From NCBI GenBank assembly GCA_016926555.1, contig JAFGOI010000013.1, positions 44,802 through 108,801 of the forward strand: a stretch of DNA of 64,000 nucleotides. Reading direction: 5' to 3'. This document shows positions 35,961-45,571 of this stretch, piece after piece. Origin of the DNA: Patescibacteria group bacterium. Its GTDB lineage: Bacteria; Patescibacteriota; WWE3; UBA101185; UBA10185. Below the pieces are notes generated by a model, which worked only from the letters and a program-made list of their open reading frames with translations, did not search any database and was not told where the DNA came from. Positions within the stretch are counted from its first letter, which is position 1. Each line of letters opens with the position of its first letter. A program made the position numbers and the translations under genes.

Positions 35961-37733
35961 TTATTTCTTTAAAATTTGTCTGAATGCTTCCTGTGGAATG
36001 TCCACCTTTCCAAACTTTTTAAGGCGCGCCTTGCCCTTTTTTTGTCTTTCCAGGAGTTTGTCTTTACGTTCCCTATGGCCCCCGTAAATTCCCGCGAGGA
36101 CGTCTTTTCTGGTAGCCGGGATGTCTTCTCGAGCTACGATTTTTCCTCCAATAGCTGCCTGCAACGCCACTTTGAATTGTTGACGGGGGATTACTTCCTT
36201 TAGCTTTTTTAATAGCTTGCGCCCGTTTTCTTCCGCTTTGTTTTTTAGAACTATATAGGATAGAGGCTCAATTATTTCTCCGTGTACAAGAATATCCAGT
36301 TTGACAGCTTCAACCGGCCTAAAATCAAGAAAATTGTAATCTAAGCTCGCAAAACCTGAAGACACGCTTTTTAGATCGTCGAAGAAGTTGTATACGAGTT
36401 CCGATAGAGGCAGTTCATACTCGAATAAAACAGTATTTTCTGAGGGATATTCCATGTTTTTCTGAATACCTCTCCTTTCCTCGCATAGAGAGATTATATT
36501 TCCCGTGTATTCTGTTGGGGATACAAGAGTGAGTTTTATCCAGGGCTCTTTGACTTGTCTTATTTTCGTTGGATCCAGGAATTCTGAGGCGGTTCTGATA
36601 TTTACAACTTCTCCGTCAGTTTTAATAATTTGATACTCGACTGTAGGGGTTGTTGATACGAGGTTCAGGCTGTATTCTCTTTCCAGTCTTTCCTGGATTA
36701 TATCCGCGTGAAGTAGGCCCAAAAATCCGCATCTGAATCCAAATCCTAAAGCAGTACCGGTCTCGGGTTCGTATGTTAATGATGCATCAGACAATGAAAG
36801 TTTATCTAGGGCATTTCTGAGCTGATTATATTTATCGTTTTCCACTGGAAATATAGAGACGAAGACGAAAGGCTTTATGTTTTTATATCCCGGAAGAGGT
36901 TTAGGGTTCTGTGTCTCGTATCCGACTGTGTCGCCTACTTTAACTGCATGAATATCTTTTAGTCCCGTAGCAATATATCCTACTTCCCCTGTTGACAGTC
37001 TCTGTGACTTCTTTCTTTTGGGTGAGAAATACCCAATTTCATCGCATTTTGTAGTTTTATTGGTCGCGAGGAATCTTATTTCTCTATCACTCGATATCCT
37101 CCCGTCGACTACTTTTACGGCAGCAATCACACCCATGTATTCATCATAGTAGGAGTCAAATATTAGAGCGCGCATGTTGGTATCAGGATTCCCTTTAGGT
37201 GCCGGTATCTTCTCTATAAGGGTATCTAAAAGTCTGTCTATTCCCTCACCCGTTTTTGCCGATACCTTGATTATCTCATCTATGCTAAAGCCAAACATAT
37301 TTGTAATGTCTTTTGTGACTTTGTTTATATCGCTACCTTTTAGATCTATTTTGTTTATTACGGGAATAATAGTCAGATCCGCTTCTAGCGCTTTATATAT
37401 ATTTGATACTGTTTGTGCCTGAATTCCCTGGGAAACATCAACAACTAGAATCGCGCCCTCACAAGCTGCAAGGGAACGAGATACCTCGTAGGAGAAATCA
37501 ACATGTCCGGGCGTATCTATTAGATTTAATTGATATCCTTTATAAGCCATTCGGACCGCCTTTAGTTTGATTGTAATTCCTTTCTCGCGTTCAAGTTCCA
37601 TAGAATCCAGAAATTGGGTTTTTAGGTTTCTTTTATCCACTGTTTCTGTTATCTCAAGAAACCTATCAGCGAGAGTAGATTTTCCGTGGTCTATGTGAGC
37701 TATAATGCAGAAATTTCTGATTTTATCTTGCAT
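35961..37733 (-). CDS. lepA: elongation factor 4 (LepA)
   Basis: G1 motif AHIDHGKSTL, DTPGHVDF, and the EF4 C-terminal domain. Confidence 0.95.
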   Translation of the reverse strand: MQDKIRNFCIIAHIDHGKSTLADRFLEITETVDKRNLKTQFLDSMELEREKGITIKLKAVRMAYKGYQLNLIDTPGHVDFSYEVSRSLAACEGAILVVDVSQGIQAQTVSNIYKALEADLTIIPVINKIDLKGSDINKVTKDITNMFGFSIDEIIKVSAKTGEGIDRLLDTLIEKIPAPKGNPDTNMRALIFDSYYDEYMGVIAAVKVVDGRISSDREIRFLATNKTTKCDEIGYFSPKRKKSQRLSTGEVGYIATGLKDIHAVKVGDTVGYETQNPKPLPGYKNIKPFVFVSIFPVENDKYNQLRNALDKLSLSDASLTYEPETGTALGFGFRCGFLGLLHADIIQERLEREYSLNLVSTTPTVEYQIIKTDGEVVNIRTASEFLDPTKIRQVKEPWIKLTLVSPTEYTGNIISLCEERRGIQKNMEYPSENTVLFEYELPLSELVYNFFDDLKSVSSGFASLDYNFLDFRPVEAVKLDILVHGEIIEPLSYIVLKNKAEENGRKLLKKLKEVIPRQQFKVALQAAIGGKIVAREDIPATRKDVLAGIYGGHRERKDKLLERQKKGKARLKKFGKVDIPQEAFRQILKK

Positions 37734-37747
37734 GGAGTGATTTTACA

Positions 37748-39388
37748 CTAGTCGATCTGGTTTTGGTTTACTGCTGAAAGTTGATTGTTCTTAATGAACC
37801 TTGATAAGTTTAGCCGCTTTACCAGTTCATAGAAGAGTTGTATTTCCTCAACCTTTAACATGTAAGTGAAGAAGAGATAGGTTACACATCCGGCCAGGGT
37901 TGTCAAAGCAGTAAGTATCAACATATTGAGAGTTTTTGTTGTATCCAGGACAGTTATATCAAGCAATTTTAAACCGCCGTATATGGTTGCTCCCATCATT
38001 ACGGTGGCGTAGGAGATCTTAACAAAGGGGATAATTATTTTTTTTGGATTTATCCCGTTTACTTTTGGAGATAAAAAGTACACCAGAAATACAGTTTCCA
38101 GTATTGCCGACACCGAGTATACTAATGCAACACTCCACACGCCGAACCCTAAGATATGCACAAGAGTAAATGCAGTTGAAACGTTAAATAATGAGGATAT
38201 GATGCTTATATTTACTGGGATTTTGGTGTTCTTAAGAGCGAAAAAGGCTCTTGTTAATATATAGTTTGCGCTTTGCGCAAAAATACTTACGCTGAAAAAA
38301 CCCAGTACGTACGAGGTTTTTATGGTTGCTTCCCAGGGAAAATTACTAACGCCGTAAACAATTCTTACGGAGGGAACTCTTAACACAAACAAGATCATGC
38401 TTATTGGCATTACTAGAAACAGCATCTGGTGTAAGGATGTATATAGGGATCTTTTAAATTTATCTATATTCTCCGGGTCACTTTGCGTGGATAAAGTTGG
38501 CAAAGCAGCGGATGCAATGGACATTCCGAATATACCTACAGGGAAAAATTGAAGCTGATTAGCGAATTTTAAATATACTACTGAAGAAGCCGAAATTAAA
38601 AGGGCGAGAGAATTATTTATTGTTTGTACTAGTCCTGCTAAGGTTACTTGTGCAATACGCGACGGTACGAGTTTCAGAGTTTCCAGCATGTGCGTATCTT
38701 TAAAAGGTTGGAAAACATGAAACTTAAATTCAGATCTAAGTAGTAAGGGTATTTGTATCCCAACATGAAGCAGAGCGCCAATTAAAACGCCGAAAGTGGG
38801 TCCGTAAATGCCAAATTCCGAGGAAAAGAAGAAAGTTCCAAACATCATACCCAGGTTGTAGAAGACGGGGGCTAATGCGGGAACTATAAAGTATTTGTAT
38901 GACTGTAAAACGCTCGTGGCGAGACTTCCTCCTACGAGTAATACTTGTGCGAGAATCATAATTCTCATAATATTTACGCCCAGATAGATTTCATCGGCGG
39001 TAAAATTGCCGACGGCTAAGAGAGACAAAATTTGAGGGGCAAAAATAAAAATCAGAATTCCCATTGCGATAAATGCAATTAGTACGCTGATTATCATAGA
39101 GGTAGCTGTCCTATGGGCGACTTCTTTGTTTTGCTTTTTTAAACTTGTGAATGTTGGAATAAATACTGTCGAAACCACCCCGATAACCAGTATAGAATAT
39201 ATGAGATTGGGTATTCTGTCTGCAGTGTAGAATATAGCCAGTTGGTTGGAAACACCAAAAAAGTGTGCTAGAAGTCTGTTTTTGGCGAAACCCAATACAG
39301 CGTTGAACCCCGTCGTGATGGACAGGACAAAGGCTGCAGATAGGATAGTATTTTGTGTTCTTGCAAGAGATAACTTACCGTTTATCAT
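37748..39388 (-). CDS. murJ: lipid II flippase MurJ (MviN family)
   Basis: 546-aa ORF with 14 TM helices, N-terminal LSAAFVLSITTGFNAVLGFAKNRLLAHFFG and DRIPNLIYSILVIGVVSTVFIPTF, as in MurJ. Confidence 0.75.
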   Translation of the reverse strand: MINGKLSLARTQNTILSAAFVLSITTGFNAVLGFAKNRLLAHFFGVSNQLAIFYTADRIPNLIYSILVIGVVSTVFIPTFTSLKKQNKEVAHRTATSMIISVLIAFIAMGILIFIFAPQILSLLAVGNFTADEIYLGVNIMRIMILAQVLLVGGSLATSVLQSYKYFIVPALAPVFYNLGMMFGTFFFSSEFGIYGPTFGVLIGALLHVGIQIPLLLRSEFKFHVFQPFKDTHMLETLKLVPSRIAQVTLAGLVQTINNSLALLISASSVVYLKFANQLQFFPVGIFGMSIASAALPTLSTQSDPENIDKFKRSLYTSLHQMLFLVMPISMILFVLRVPSVRIVYGVSNFPWEATIKTSYVLGFFSVSIFAQSANYILTRAFFALKNTKIPVNISIISSLFNVSTAFTLVHILGFGVWSVALVYSVSAILETVFLVYFLSPKVNGINPKKIIIPFVKISYATVMMGATIYGGLKLLDITVLDTTKTLNMLILTALTTLAGCVTYLFFTYMLKVEEIQLFYELVKRLNLSRFIKNNQLSAVNQNQID

Positions 39389-39471
39389 TTTTATACTTTA
39401 ACTTTCCTCTATAAAATAACAGTTAATTAGTTTGGAAAATAGCTTTTCCTATGCTATCATACTAGCCGATT

Positions 39472-39789
39472 ATGCCAAATACTAAATCAGCAAAAAAAGC
39501 AGTGAGATCTTCTTCGAAGAAAAAGGCGCGCAACTTTTTTTGGAAAGGTAGAATAAAGAGGTCTGCAAAGACTTTAGCTAGGGTTTTGGTTGAAACGGAT
39601 GTGGAAGGCAAGGTCCTAAATGAACAGCTATCTGGTTTGCAGAAGGTTTTAGACAAAGCCTCAAAGAATAAAATTATTTCTAAAAATAAGGCTAATAGGC
39701 TAAAATCTAGGTATGCCCAAAAAGTTAAGTCTAATCTTACAAAAGCTGCCAAAACTCAAAAATCTACTAAAAATCTCGCGGAAGAATAA
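39472..39789 (+). CDS. rpsT: 30S ribosomal protein S20
   Basis: MPNTKSAKKAVRSSSKKKARN N-terminus. A candidate promoter TTGGAA-N17-TATCAT lies at about 39432-39461. Confidence 0.8.
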   Translation: MPNTKSAKKAVRSSSKKKARNFFWKGRIKRSAKTLARVLVETDVEGKVLNEQLSGLQKVLDKASKNKIISKNKANRLKSRYAQKVKSNLTKAAKTQKSTKNLAEE

Positions 39790-40324
39790 GCAAAATGAAG
39801 GCGGAGAAACTTTAAATCTACTCGCATCTGTTACAGAGGTGACCCAAAATATTCTTCAGATACCTCGTCCAATTAAAATATACAGACAAATTATTCTGGT
39901 TATCCTGTTGAGTTTTTCATTAGGCCTTTTTATCGATAATCGGATTCAGAGGCGTCTTTATGAGTTAAAATCAGAATTAGATTTAGCAGAGGAGAATGTA
40001 TGGGAACTGGTTTATGTAGAGGATCTAGCAAGGGATTTGGATAAGAAAATTCATCAGTACCAATATCTTCTTGAAAAACGTGCAATCTTTACAAGTAAAT
40101 TAGAGTCAGTTTTAGCTCCGTTGAGTTCGTCAGACGTGTCGAAGATTTCAATAAGATTTGGCGATTTTTCAGTCAGTACAGTAGAAAGTAGTCCATATAC
40201 CGCGGCAAGACTAATCGGTACATATTTAGAAGACGAAAATATTGATTATATTTTGTTACAATCAGCCTCTTTTGATGTTAAAAATAAAAATGTTCAGATT
40301 GAATTAAAAGGAGGGTTTAGGTGA
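39713..40324 (+). CDS. bitopic membrane protein with coiled coil (PilN-like topology); true start probably downstream of the rpsT stop
   Basis: As drawn, the ORF overlaps rpsT by 77 nt in another frame. A TM helix (IILVILLSFSLGLF), then a coiled coil, then a beta-rich domain. It is the first of four overlapping genes. Confidence 0.4.
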   Translation: MPKKLSLILQKLPKLKNLLKISRKNKQNEGGETLNLLASVTEVTQNILQIPRPIKIYRQIILVILLSFSLGLFIDNRIQRRLYELKSELDLAEENVWELVYVEDLARDLDKKIHQYQYLLEKRAIFTSKLESVLAPLSSSDVSKISIRFGDFSVSTVESSPYTAARLIGTYLEDENIDYILLQSASFDVKNKNVQIELKGGFR

Positions 40325-40845
40325 AAAGTATTAAGAGGTTATCAAACTCTGTACGACTTCATCAGATGTGGGTTCTATGTGTTTTTATTGTGTTTGTACT
40401 ATTTGGGGGGGTTTTATTATCAAGGAACCTGTATAACAAGGTTATATTAATTGGTAAGATGAAGAAAGTGACTGTGGCGTTAAATAATAAGTCAAAGAAG
40501 TTGGAGAAAATGAGAAACGACATACGGAATTTGGATATCAAAATTTCTGCGCTCGATAAAAAAGTTTCCCCCGAAGTCCACCTGGGTGACTATATGGTTG
40601 AGCTTGCTGTTGCATGTGGTAAGTCGGGGTATGTGTTGGAAAAATTTGCCCCTACTTACCACAATACTACGGGGAATTACACGATTATATTGTCCGTTAC
40701 TGGGAGCAGGGATCCAGCGAGGTTGACAGCTGAAATAGAATCTCTGGATAGAATAACTAAAATAGAAGGTATGGATATTGACATAGGAAAATCTGTTAAC
40801 TCTATAACTATGAGTATAACTGTATTTTCCGGAAATGTTTTATGA
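40321..40845 (+). CDS. bitopic membrane protein with coiled coil (PilO-like topology), hypothetical
   Basis: N-terminal TM helix, coiled coil, then a soluble domain. 4-nt overlaps on both sides. Confidence 0.45.
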   Translation: MKSIKRLSNSVRLHQMWVLCVFIVFVLFGGVLLSRNLYNKVILIGKMKKVTVALNNKSKKLEKMRNDIRNLDIKISALDKKVSPEVHLGDYMVELAVACGKSGYVLEKFAPTYHNTTGNYTIILSVTGSRDPARLTAEIESLDRITKIEGMDIDIGKSVNSITMSITVFSGNVL

Positions 40846-41027
40846 AAGCAGTGATTGGCTTAATAATTCTTAATATAGTGGTGGTAGTCATAGCGATAGT
40901 TTCGCGTTTTTGGGAATACTCTGAGAATAAATTCATATCCGAAGAAGTACTTGAAATGAGTACCCCCTTTGATGTTACAATAGATACAGAATTCTTAGAG
41001 AATTTAAAGCCTGCCTATGAACAATAG
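40842..41027 (+). CDS. small membrane protein, hypothetical
   Basis: 61-aa ORF with one N-terminal TM helix. It is translationally coupled to its neighbours. Confidence 0.3.
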   Translation: MKAVIGLIILNIVVVVIAIVSRFWEYSENKFISEEVLEMSTPFDVTIDTEFLENLKPAYEQ

Positions 41028-41475
41028 TACACAAGCACAAAAAGGATTTCAGACATTTGTACTTACTCTGTCAGTATCTCTTATTATATTTAGTGTTATT
41101 TACTACTTTGTCACAAACTCTAACAGGACTCCGGATATAACTACGTCTGTTACAGAGGAAGTATATACAAAAGACACACCGGACTCAGAAGATGAGGCGT
41201 CTTCCGGAGCAGATACGGTTTTTGGAAAACTAGCAAGTCAAGAAATGGATGTTCCAAGAAGGGCTGTTTTGTCTGGAGCTACAGAAGAGACCGTAAATTC
41301 ACCAGATGAAACCGAAGAGACAACTGAAAGTACTGTTCCTAACGGGGGAGTTGTAAGCATTACATTTGGATTGTTCTCTTCCGTGCTATTCCTCCTGTTT
41401 GCAGCTTGGATGATAGGGAGAAATACAAAGGGTGCGGCTCTAGTAAGATTTGAGAATCAATTTATTAGAGATTAA
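41017..41475 (+). CDS. membrane/surface protein with C-terminal sorting-signal-like tail (motif VPNGG, hydrophobic helix, basic tail)
   Basis: 152-aa ORF with an N-terminal signal anchor and an acidic Ser/Thr/Glu-rich middle. It ends ...TESTVPNGGVVSITFGLFSSVLFLLFAAWMIGRNTKG.... Its stop is convergent with, and overlaps, the sortase gene stop. Confidence 0.45.
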   Translation: MNNSTQAQKGFQTFVLTLSVSLIIFSVIYYFVTNSNRTPDITTSVTEEVYTKDTPDSEDEASSGADTVFGKLASQEMDVPRRAVLSGATEETVNSPDETEETTESTVPNGGVVSITFGLFSSVLFLLFAAWMIGRNTKGAALVRFENQFIRD

Positions 41476-42233
41476 TCCGTTCTTACTGCTCTTATCATAA
41501 ACCTTTTTGATTTTGTTCCCGGGGGCCAACATGTCATGAGTGTAAGAGTAGATTCATTTGAGTAATCCGGTTTGAATTCTGCAAGTGGATTGATGTCGGC
41601 CGGTTTCTGTATTTCCTCGTATTCGACTCTATATGTAATTGGAACGTTATTGTACGTTATTATTATCTTGTCTCCGGTATCTAGTCTGTCAAGTGTAGAG
41701 AATATGGTCATGTAGTTTTTGGGGTTAAAAAACCAAGGAAGCACTGAATGGCCGTATATGAATGTGTTTCCCTTTTGCCCGGGTAATGCTGAGTGCTTGT
41801 AATGGCCAAGTTTGTCTTTAGGGCCCAAGTCCTCTGCGTTTGTTTCAACCACGGCGTTTTTTATGTTCAGTTTGGGTATAGATAAGTAAAAGAATTTAGG
41901 CGTGTTAATATCCATTGCTTTGGTTGTTTCTATAGAAACATCTTCGTCTGTTGGTGTAAGTTCAGTGAACTGAAAGTAGTTAAAGCCAGTTGCTACGCCC
42001 AACACACTTCCGGCTATTTCGGGAGTTACTTTTTCGTGAGTTTTGAAAAAAATCAGAGGCAGGATGACTTGCGTTACTAGGAGTACAATCCCAAGAGATG
42101 CAAATATGCCAGGTAAGACGCGAGATCTGAATAAGAAGTCGAAGTTTATGGAATGATATATGGGATCAAAGGACTCATCTTTTAGATATATTTTCTTTTT
42201 AGACTTGGGCATGCTTTTTAACCTTTGTATCAA
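41472..42233 (-). CDS. sortase family transpeptidase
   Basis: N-terminal TM anchor, catalytic His context IYGHSV, and the TLxTC signature TLMTCWP. Confidence 0.75.
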   Translation of the reverse strand: MIQRLKSMPKSKKKIYLKDESFDPIYHSINFDFLFRSRVLPGIFASLGIVLLVTQVILPLIFFKTHEKVTPEIAGSVLGVATGFNYFQFTELTPTDEDVSIETTKAMDINTPKFFYLSIPKLNIKNAVVETNAEDLGPKDKLGHYKHSALPGQKGNTFIYGHSVLPWFFNPKNYMTIFSTLDRLDTGDKIIITYNNVPITYRVEYEEIQKPADINPLAEFKPDYSNESTLTLMTCWPPGTKSKRFMIRAVRTD

Positions 42234-42931
42234 GAGTTTAACACTTTTTCAATACTTCTTGTAATCAATATATCGGGGGTTAGCTCGCCTATTTTCACCA
42301 TTTTATCGTTCTGGTAAAATGTCCTGAAAATTTCAAGCAGTGCTTGGTCGCTAAATAGCTGGGCCTGGTTTTGGAACTTATTTTTTTGAAAAGGTTTTAA
42401 AGATTCAAAAGCCGGTGAGTTGTGCTTAGCATGCGCTATGTTTTTGAGATTGTAGTAGAGAATTGAGAAGATATGGAATTCGTCGCTTCTATCACTGATT
42501 AGATGCGCTAATTCTCTGTAGGCCTTTGTCCTGTTTTTATAAAAAACACTATCAGCAAAATCAAAAATGTTTCCTTTGGGTTCTATTTGTGTATGAATTA
42601 TTTTAGCGTTTAAGGTGGTTGCGTTCTTAATAAACGTATTACTTTTTGGGAGGCTTTTGTTCGTCAGCAGAACAATACTATTATCACTAACAGCATCTTT
42701 TAAGATGGCTATACATTTATCTGCCCTTGCCGTATCAACTTTACTAATGTCCACAAGTATTAGCTCTTTTTGACCAAAAAGGTTAGTTTGTGTGACGAGG
42801 TTTTTGAAGTCGCGAGGTTCAATCTCTGTTAAATCTATTTCTTGTTTGGTTTCAATTCCCAGTTTCTTTTGCTGATTAACGACTAAACTTCTAGAAGTTG
42901 AAATGTCATCTCCATGTACTATATATATCAT
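42230..42931 (-). CDS. DNA polymerase III delta subunit (HolA)-like
   Basis: 233-aa ORF starting MIYIVHGDD, a HolA-like N-terminal beta-alpha pattern. It is shorter than typical and the assignment is tentative. Confidence 0.4.
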   Translation of the reverse strand: MIYIVHGDDISTSRSLVVNQQKKLGIETKQEIDLTEIEPRDFKNLVTQTNLFGQKELILVDISKVDTARADKCIAILKDAVSDNSIVLLTNKSLPKSNTFIKNATTLNAKIIHTQIEPKGNIFDFADSVFYKNRTKAYRELAHLISDRSDEFHIFSILYYNLKNIAHAKHNSPAFESLKPFQKNKFQNQAQLFSDQALLEIFRTFYQNDKMVKIGELTPDILITRSIEKVLNS

Positions 42932-42935
42932 TGAG

Positions 42936-44027
42936 TTATTTATCTCCGAAAAGATACTTTTTTACATAGGCATGGATTTGTGAAAAATCACCTGTTTGGG
43001 GAATTAGAACGTATTGATCCCCATACAGCGTTGTATCTTCGGGAGCGTATAGTAAGCCCCCTTCTATAGCTTGACTCCTATCATCCAAGACTACAGATAC
43101 AACTTTATCGAAGTCTATTTGCTGGCTTAGCAGATAGAAACTCTGAATTACTCCAAAGTCGATGTTTGTGTCTACGTTATCAGAATAAGTGTCGTATAGT
43201 TCCTTTAGTTTAATTGGGTTAATTAAGGTTTTTATGGATAACGCTTTGTCTTTAATAGCCATGATAACCTTTTGCTGTCTTTTTGACCTTGCGAAGTCTG
43301 AACCTTCCCCGTTGTCTCCCTTCCTTGATCGCGCAAATTTGAGAGCTCTATCTCCGTTCATTGTTTGTGTACCCTTTTCAAAAGACACAACCTCATACCT
43401 TTCCTCAAGGGGGGCGTTTTCCTTGCCTTCAACCGGGTAATAATAGTCAGTAAAGGATTTTTCAACATCAATGTCTATTCCGTCAACAATATCTACAAAC
43501 TCTTTAAACACATTGAATGTTACAACTCCGTAATAATGAATAGGGATGTCCAAAGTTTCGTTGATAACCTGTATAAGATTATCTATGCCCCCTATTTTTT
43601 CACCGTGGTAAGTAGTATAGTCATAAACTGCATTTATTTTCGAAAAGGTTTCCTCTCCATTGTCAGTCTTCCACTTAATCCACAAATCTCTTGGGACCGA
43701 TATCAGAACCACATCTTTATCTAAACTGCCTATTGATGCTACCAATATAGTGTCGGTTAAAGTGGGTTTATTGATCTCCGCGCCTTCTTTTCTCATATCT
43801 GACCCTAGTAGCAGTATGTTAGTTCGTCCGTCTGTAGTGTGTAGCTCGGCCGCCACCACTTTTCCTATTATAGAAATAGGGTTGAAGGCAGTTTTAATTC
43901 TATCTCTAAAAATGAATAGTACTGCGGCACTCAAAATGGCGAAGGTAAAAACTGCTATTAGTTTGGTGTTTCCAGGTCTTTTTTTGTGATTATTCAGTTT
44001 TAAGTTTTTAGCATCTGTATATCTCAT
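42936..44027 (-). CDS. LytR-CpsA-Psr (LCP) family cell-envelope phosphotransferase
   Basis: N-terminal TM helix, NILLLGSDMR...TDTILVASIG...ISVPRDLWI core, and an accessory C-terminal domain. Confidence 0.8.
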   Translation of the reverse strand: MRYTDAKNLKLNNHKKRPGNTKLIAVFTFAILSAAVLFIFRDRIKTAFNPISIIGKVVAAELHTTDGRTNILLLGSDMRKEGAEINKPTLTDTILVASIGSLDKDVVLISVPRDLWIKWKTDNGEETFSKINAVYDYTTYHGEKIGGIDNLIQVINETLDIPIHYYGVVTFNVFKEFVDIVDGIDIDVEKSFTDYYYPVEGKENAPLEERYEVVSFEKGTQTMNGDRALKFARSRKGDNGEGSDFARSKRQQKVIMAIKDKALSIKTLINPIKLKELYDTYSDNVDTNIDFGVIQSFYLLSQQIDFDKVVSVVLDDRSQAIEGGLLYAPEDTTLYGDQYVLIPQTGDFSQIHAYVKKYLFGDK

Positions 44028-44711
44028 TCACGTTTTATGTATTTTGGGCTTAAATTCGTAGGTGCGAATAATATCAAGAAAATGGCGGGGTTCCAAACTG
44101 GCATTTCCTACTAAGACACCATTTAACTCGTTTATGTTTACTATACTCTTGACGTTTTGTCTATTAACAGATCCTCCATATATAACAGGAGCTTCTTTAG
44201 GTAATAAAGTTCTGATTTCTTTAGCGCCTGCACGTATTTCATCTTCAGGTTTTTCCCGATATACTCCTTCTTGTGAGATGTTTTGTGGATCTTCCCATGC
44301 CAGGATGCACCCTTCTATATAGTAGTGATTGGCGTTCTTTGGATTTATAAAGCAGATAATGGGTATTAATCCTGTTTCTAAACACCTATCTCTTTTTTCC
44401 GTAACAATTTCCGGAGGTTCTCTTCTTTCGCTATGCCCGAGGATGGCGTATTTGCAAAATTCTTTGATCTGGAATGCCCCTATGTCTCCTGTGTGGGCGC
44501 CTTTCCTATTTGGTGATGCGTCCTGCGAAGAAAGTCTAATCGAGTCTCCTGTGAGAGAGGCTAATAGAGGTATGTGGATTGAACTTGGTGCTAGTATGAC
44601 TTCTATACCGGTGCCCTCAAAATTCTTTTTCAATTCATTCCAGTTATCAAACCACTCAAGCATTTCTCTTGAGGTCATTTTCATTTTCCAGTTCCCAACT
44701 ATATAATCCAT
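44028..44711 (-). CDS. tpiA: triosephosphate isomerase
   Basis: GNWKMK near the N-terminus and the catalytic GHSERR motif. Confidence 0.85.
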   Translation of the reverse strand: MDYIVGNWKMKMTSREMLEWFDNWNELKKNFEGTGIEVILAPSSIHIPLLASLTGDSIRLSSQDASPNRKGAHTGDIGAFQIKEFCKYAILGHSERREPPEIVTEKRDRCLETGLIPIICFINPKNANHYYIEGCILAWEDPQNISQEGVYREKPEDEIRAGAKEIRTLLPKEAPVIYGGSVNRQNVKSIVNINELNGVLVGNASLEPRHFLDIIRTYEFKPKIHKT

Positions 44712-45569
44712 TTAGTTTCCTGTTCTATTTAAATTTTGTAGTGTTTTTTCCACGAGGTTTGGTAAATTTTGAAGATCCTCGTGAGTGTAATCGTACCCCA
44801 AAATATTAAGACATGAAAAGAGGGTTCCTATATCAGAGTATATATTTTCTGCGTATCCGCAGGCAACAAGACTGTGCAAAAGTATATTTCCGCCTATTTC
44901 TCCGGTTTTTGACTGCTCGCAACCTAGTGGACAATTTGAGCAAGCCGGCTTGTTTGATGCGACTGTGTTGAGAATGCCACTTTTGTTTAGTATATATTCG
45001 TATAATTTTTGATATTCAGCCATGTTTTTGAGAGTGAAATTTTTTGTGCCCGTTATGACCAAACCCGCTACATTTTTTTCGATAAAACTCTTTTCTAATA
45101 TTTCCTCCGGGCTTTCAAAGTATCTATCCGCCACAAGATTTAGTTCGTTGAATTCAAGCACACTCCTTTTTCCGGGTAATCCCAGTTCTTTGGTTTCTGT
45201 GGGGCTTTTTTCCAGTTTTACATCTTCATTGAATATATTGATGATCTTAGCTGTAGGAGATTTTCCGCATATAACGATTGCATTTATGCCAGCAAATCTT
45301 ATTCTCAAAGATAAACTTCCCCCGATGTAGATATCCTCAACTCTGTTTCTGCTGTTTACTACTATTGACGTCTTAGATGCAAAGGGGAAAAAGCCGTTAA
45401 GGGGCCCTACGCCGAAAATAATAGGATTAGCGTCTTTATAAATTTCCATCAATTTTAGTCCAAGACCAGTCCCACCTATATATTTATTAAGGTTATCGTA
45501 ACTCTTTGTATTTGAGGTTTTTTGCTGAAGATCAATTTCTAATACTTTTTGGACTTTTGTGTTTAGCAT
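44712..45569 (-). CDS. mini aldehyde:ferredoxin oxidoreductase-like protein (AFOR N-terminal domain plus CxxCxxxC)
   Basis: 285-aa ORF. YIGGTGLGLKLM...IIFGVGPLNG...ASKTSIVVNSR...FAGINAIVICGKS parallels the AOR N-domain consensus (GGRGLG...GPLTG...KSPLTG...AGYDAIVIEGKA). The C-terminal CSNCPLGC has the AOR-type CxxCxxxC spacing. Full-length AORs are about 600 aa. Confidence 0.5.
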   Translation of the reverse strand: MLNTKVQKVLEIDLQQKTSNTKSYDNLNKYIGGTGLGLKLMEIYKDANPIIFGVGPLNGFFPFASKTSIVVNSRNRVEDIYIGGSLSLRIRFAGINAIVICGKSPTAKIINIFNEDVKLEKSPTETKELGLPGKRSVLEFNELNLVADRYFESPEEILEKSFIEKNVAGLVITGTKNFTLKNMAEYQKLYEYILNKSGILNTVASNKPACSNCPLGCEQSKTGEIGGNILLHSLVACGYAENIYSDIGTLFSCLNILGYDYTHEDLQNLPNLVEKTLQNLNRTGN

Positions 45570-45571
45570 GC

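Noticed and set aside
35896-36203. Plus-strand ORFs 35896..36087 and 35976..36203
   Set aside because: They are antisense to lepA and overlap the hrcA promoter/CIRCE region. They have no SD and no recognisable domain.
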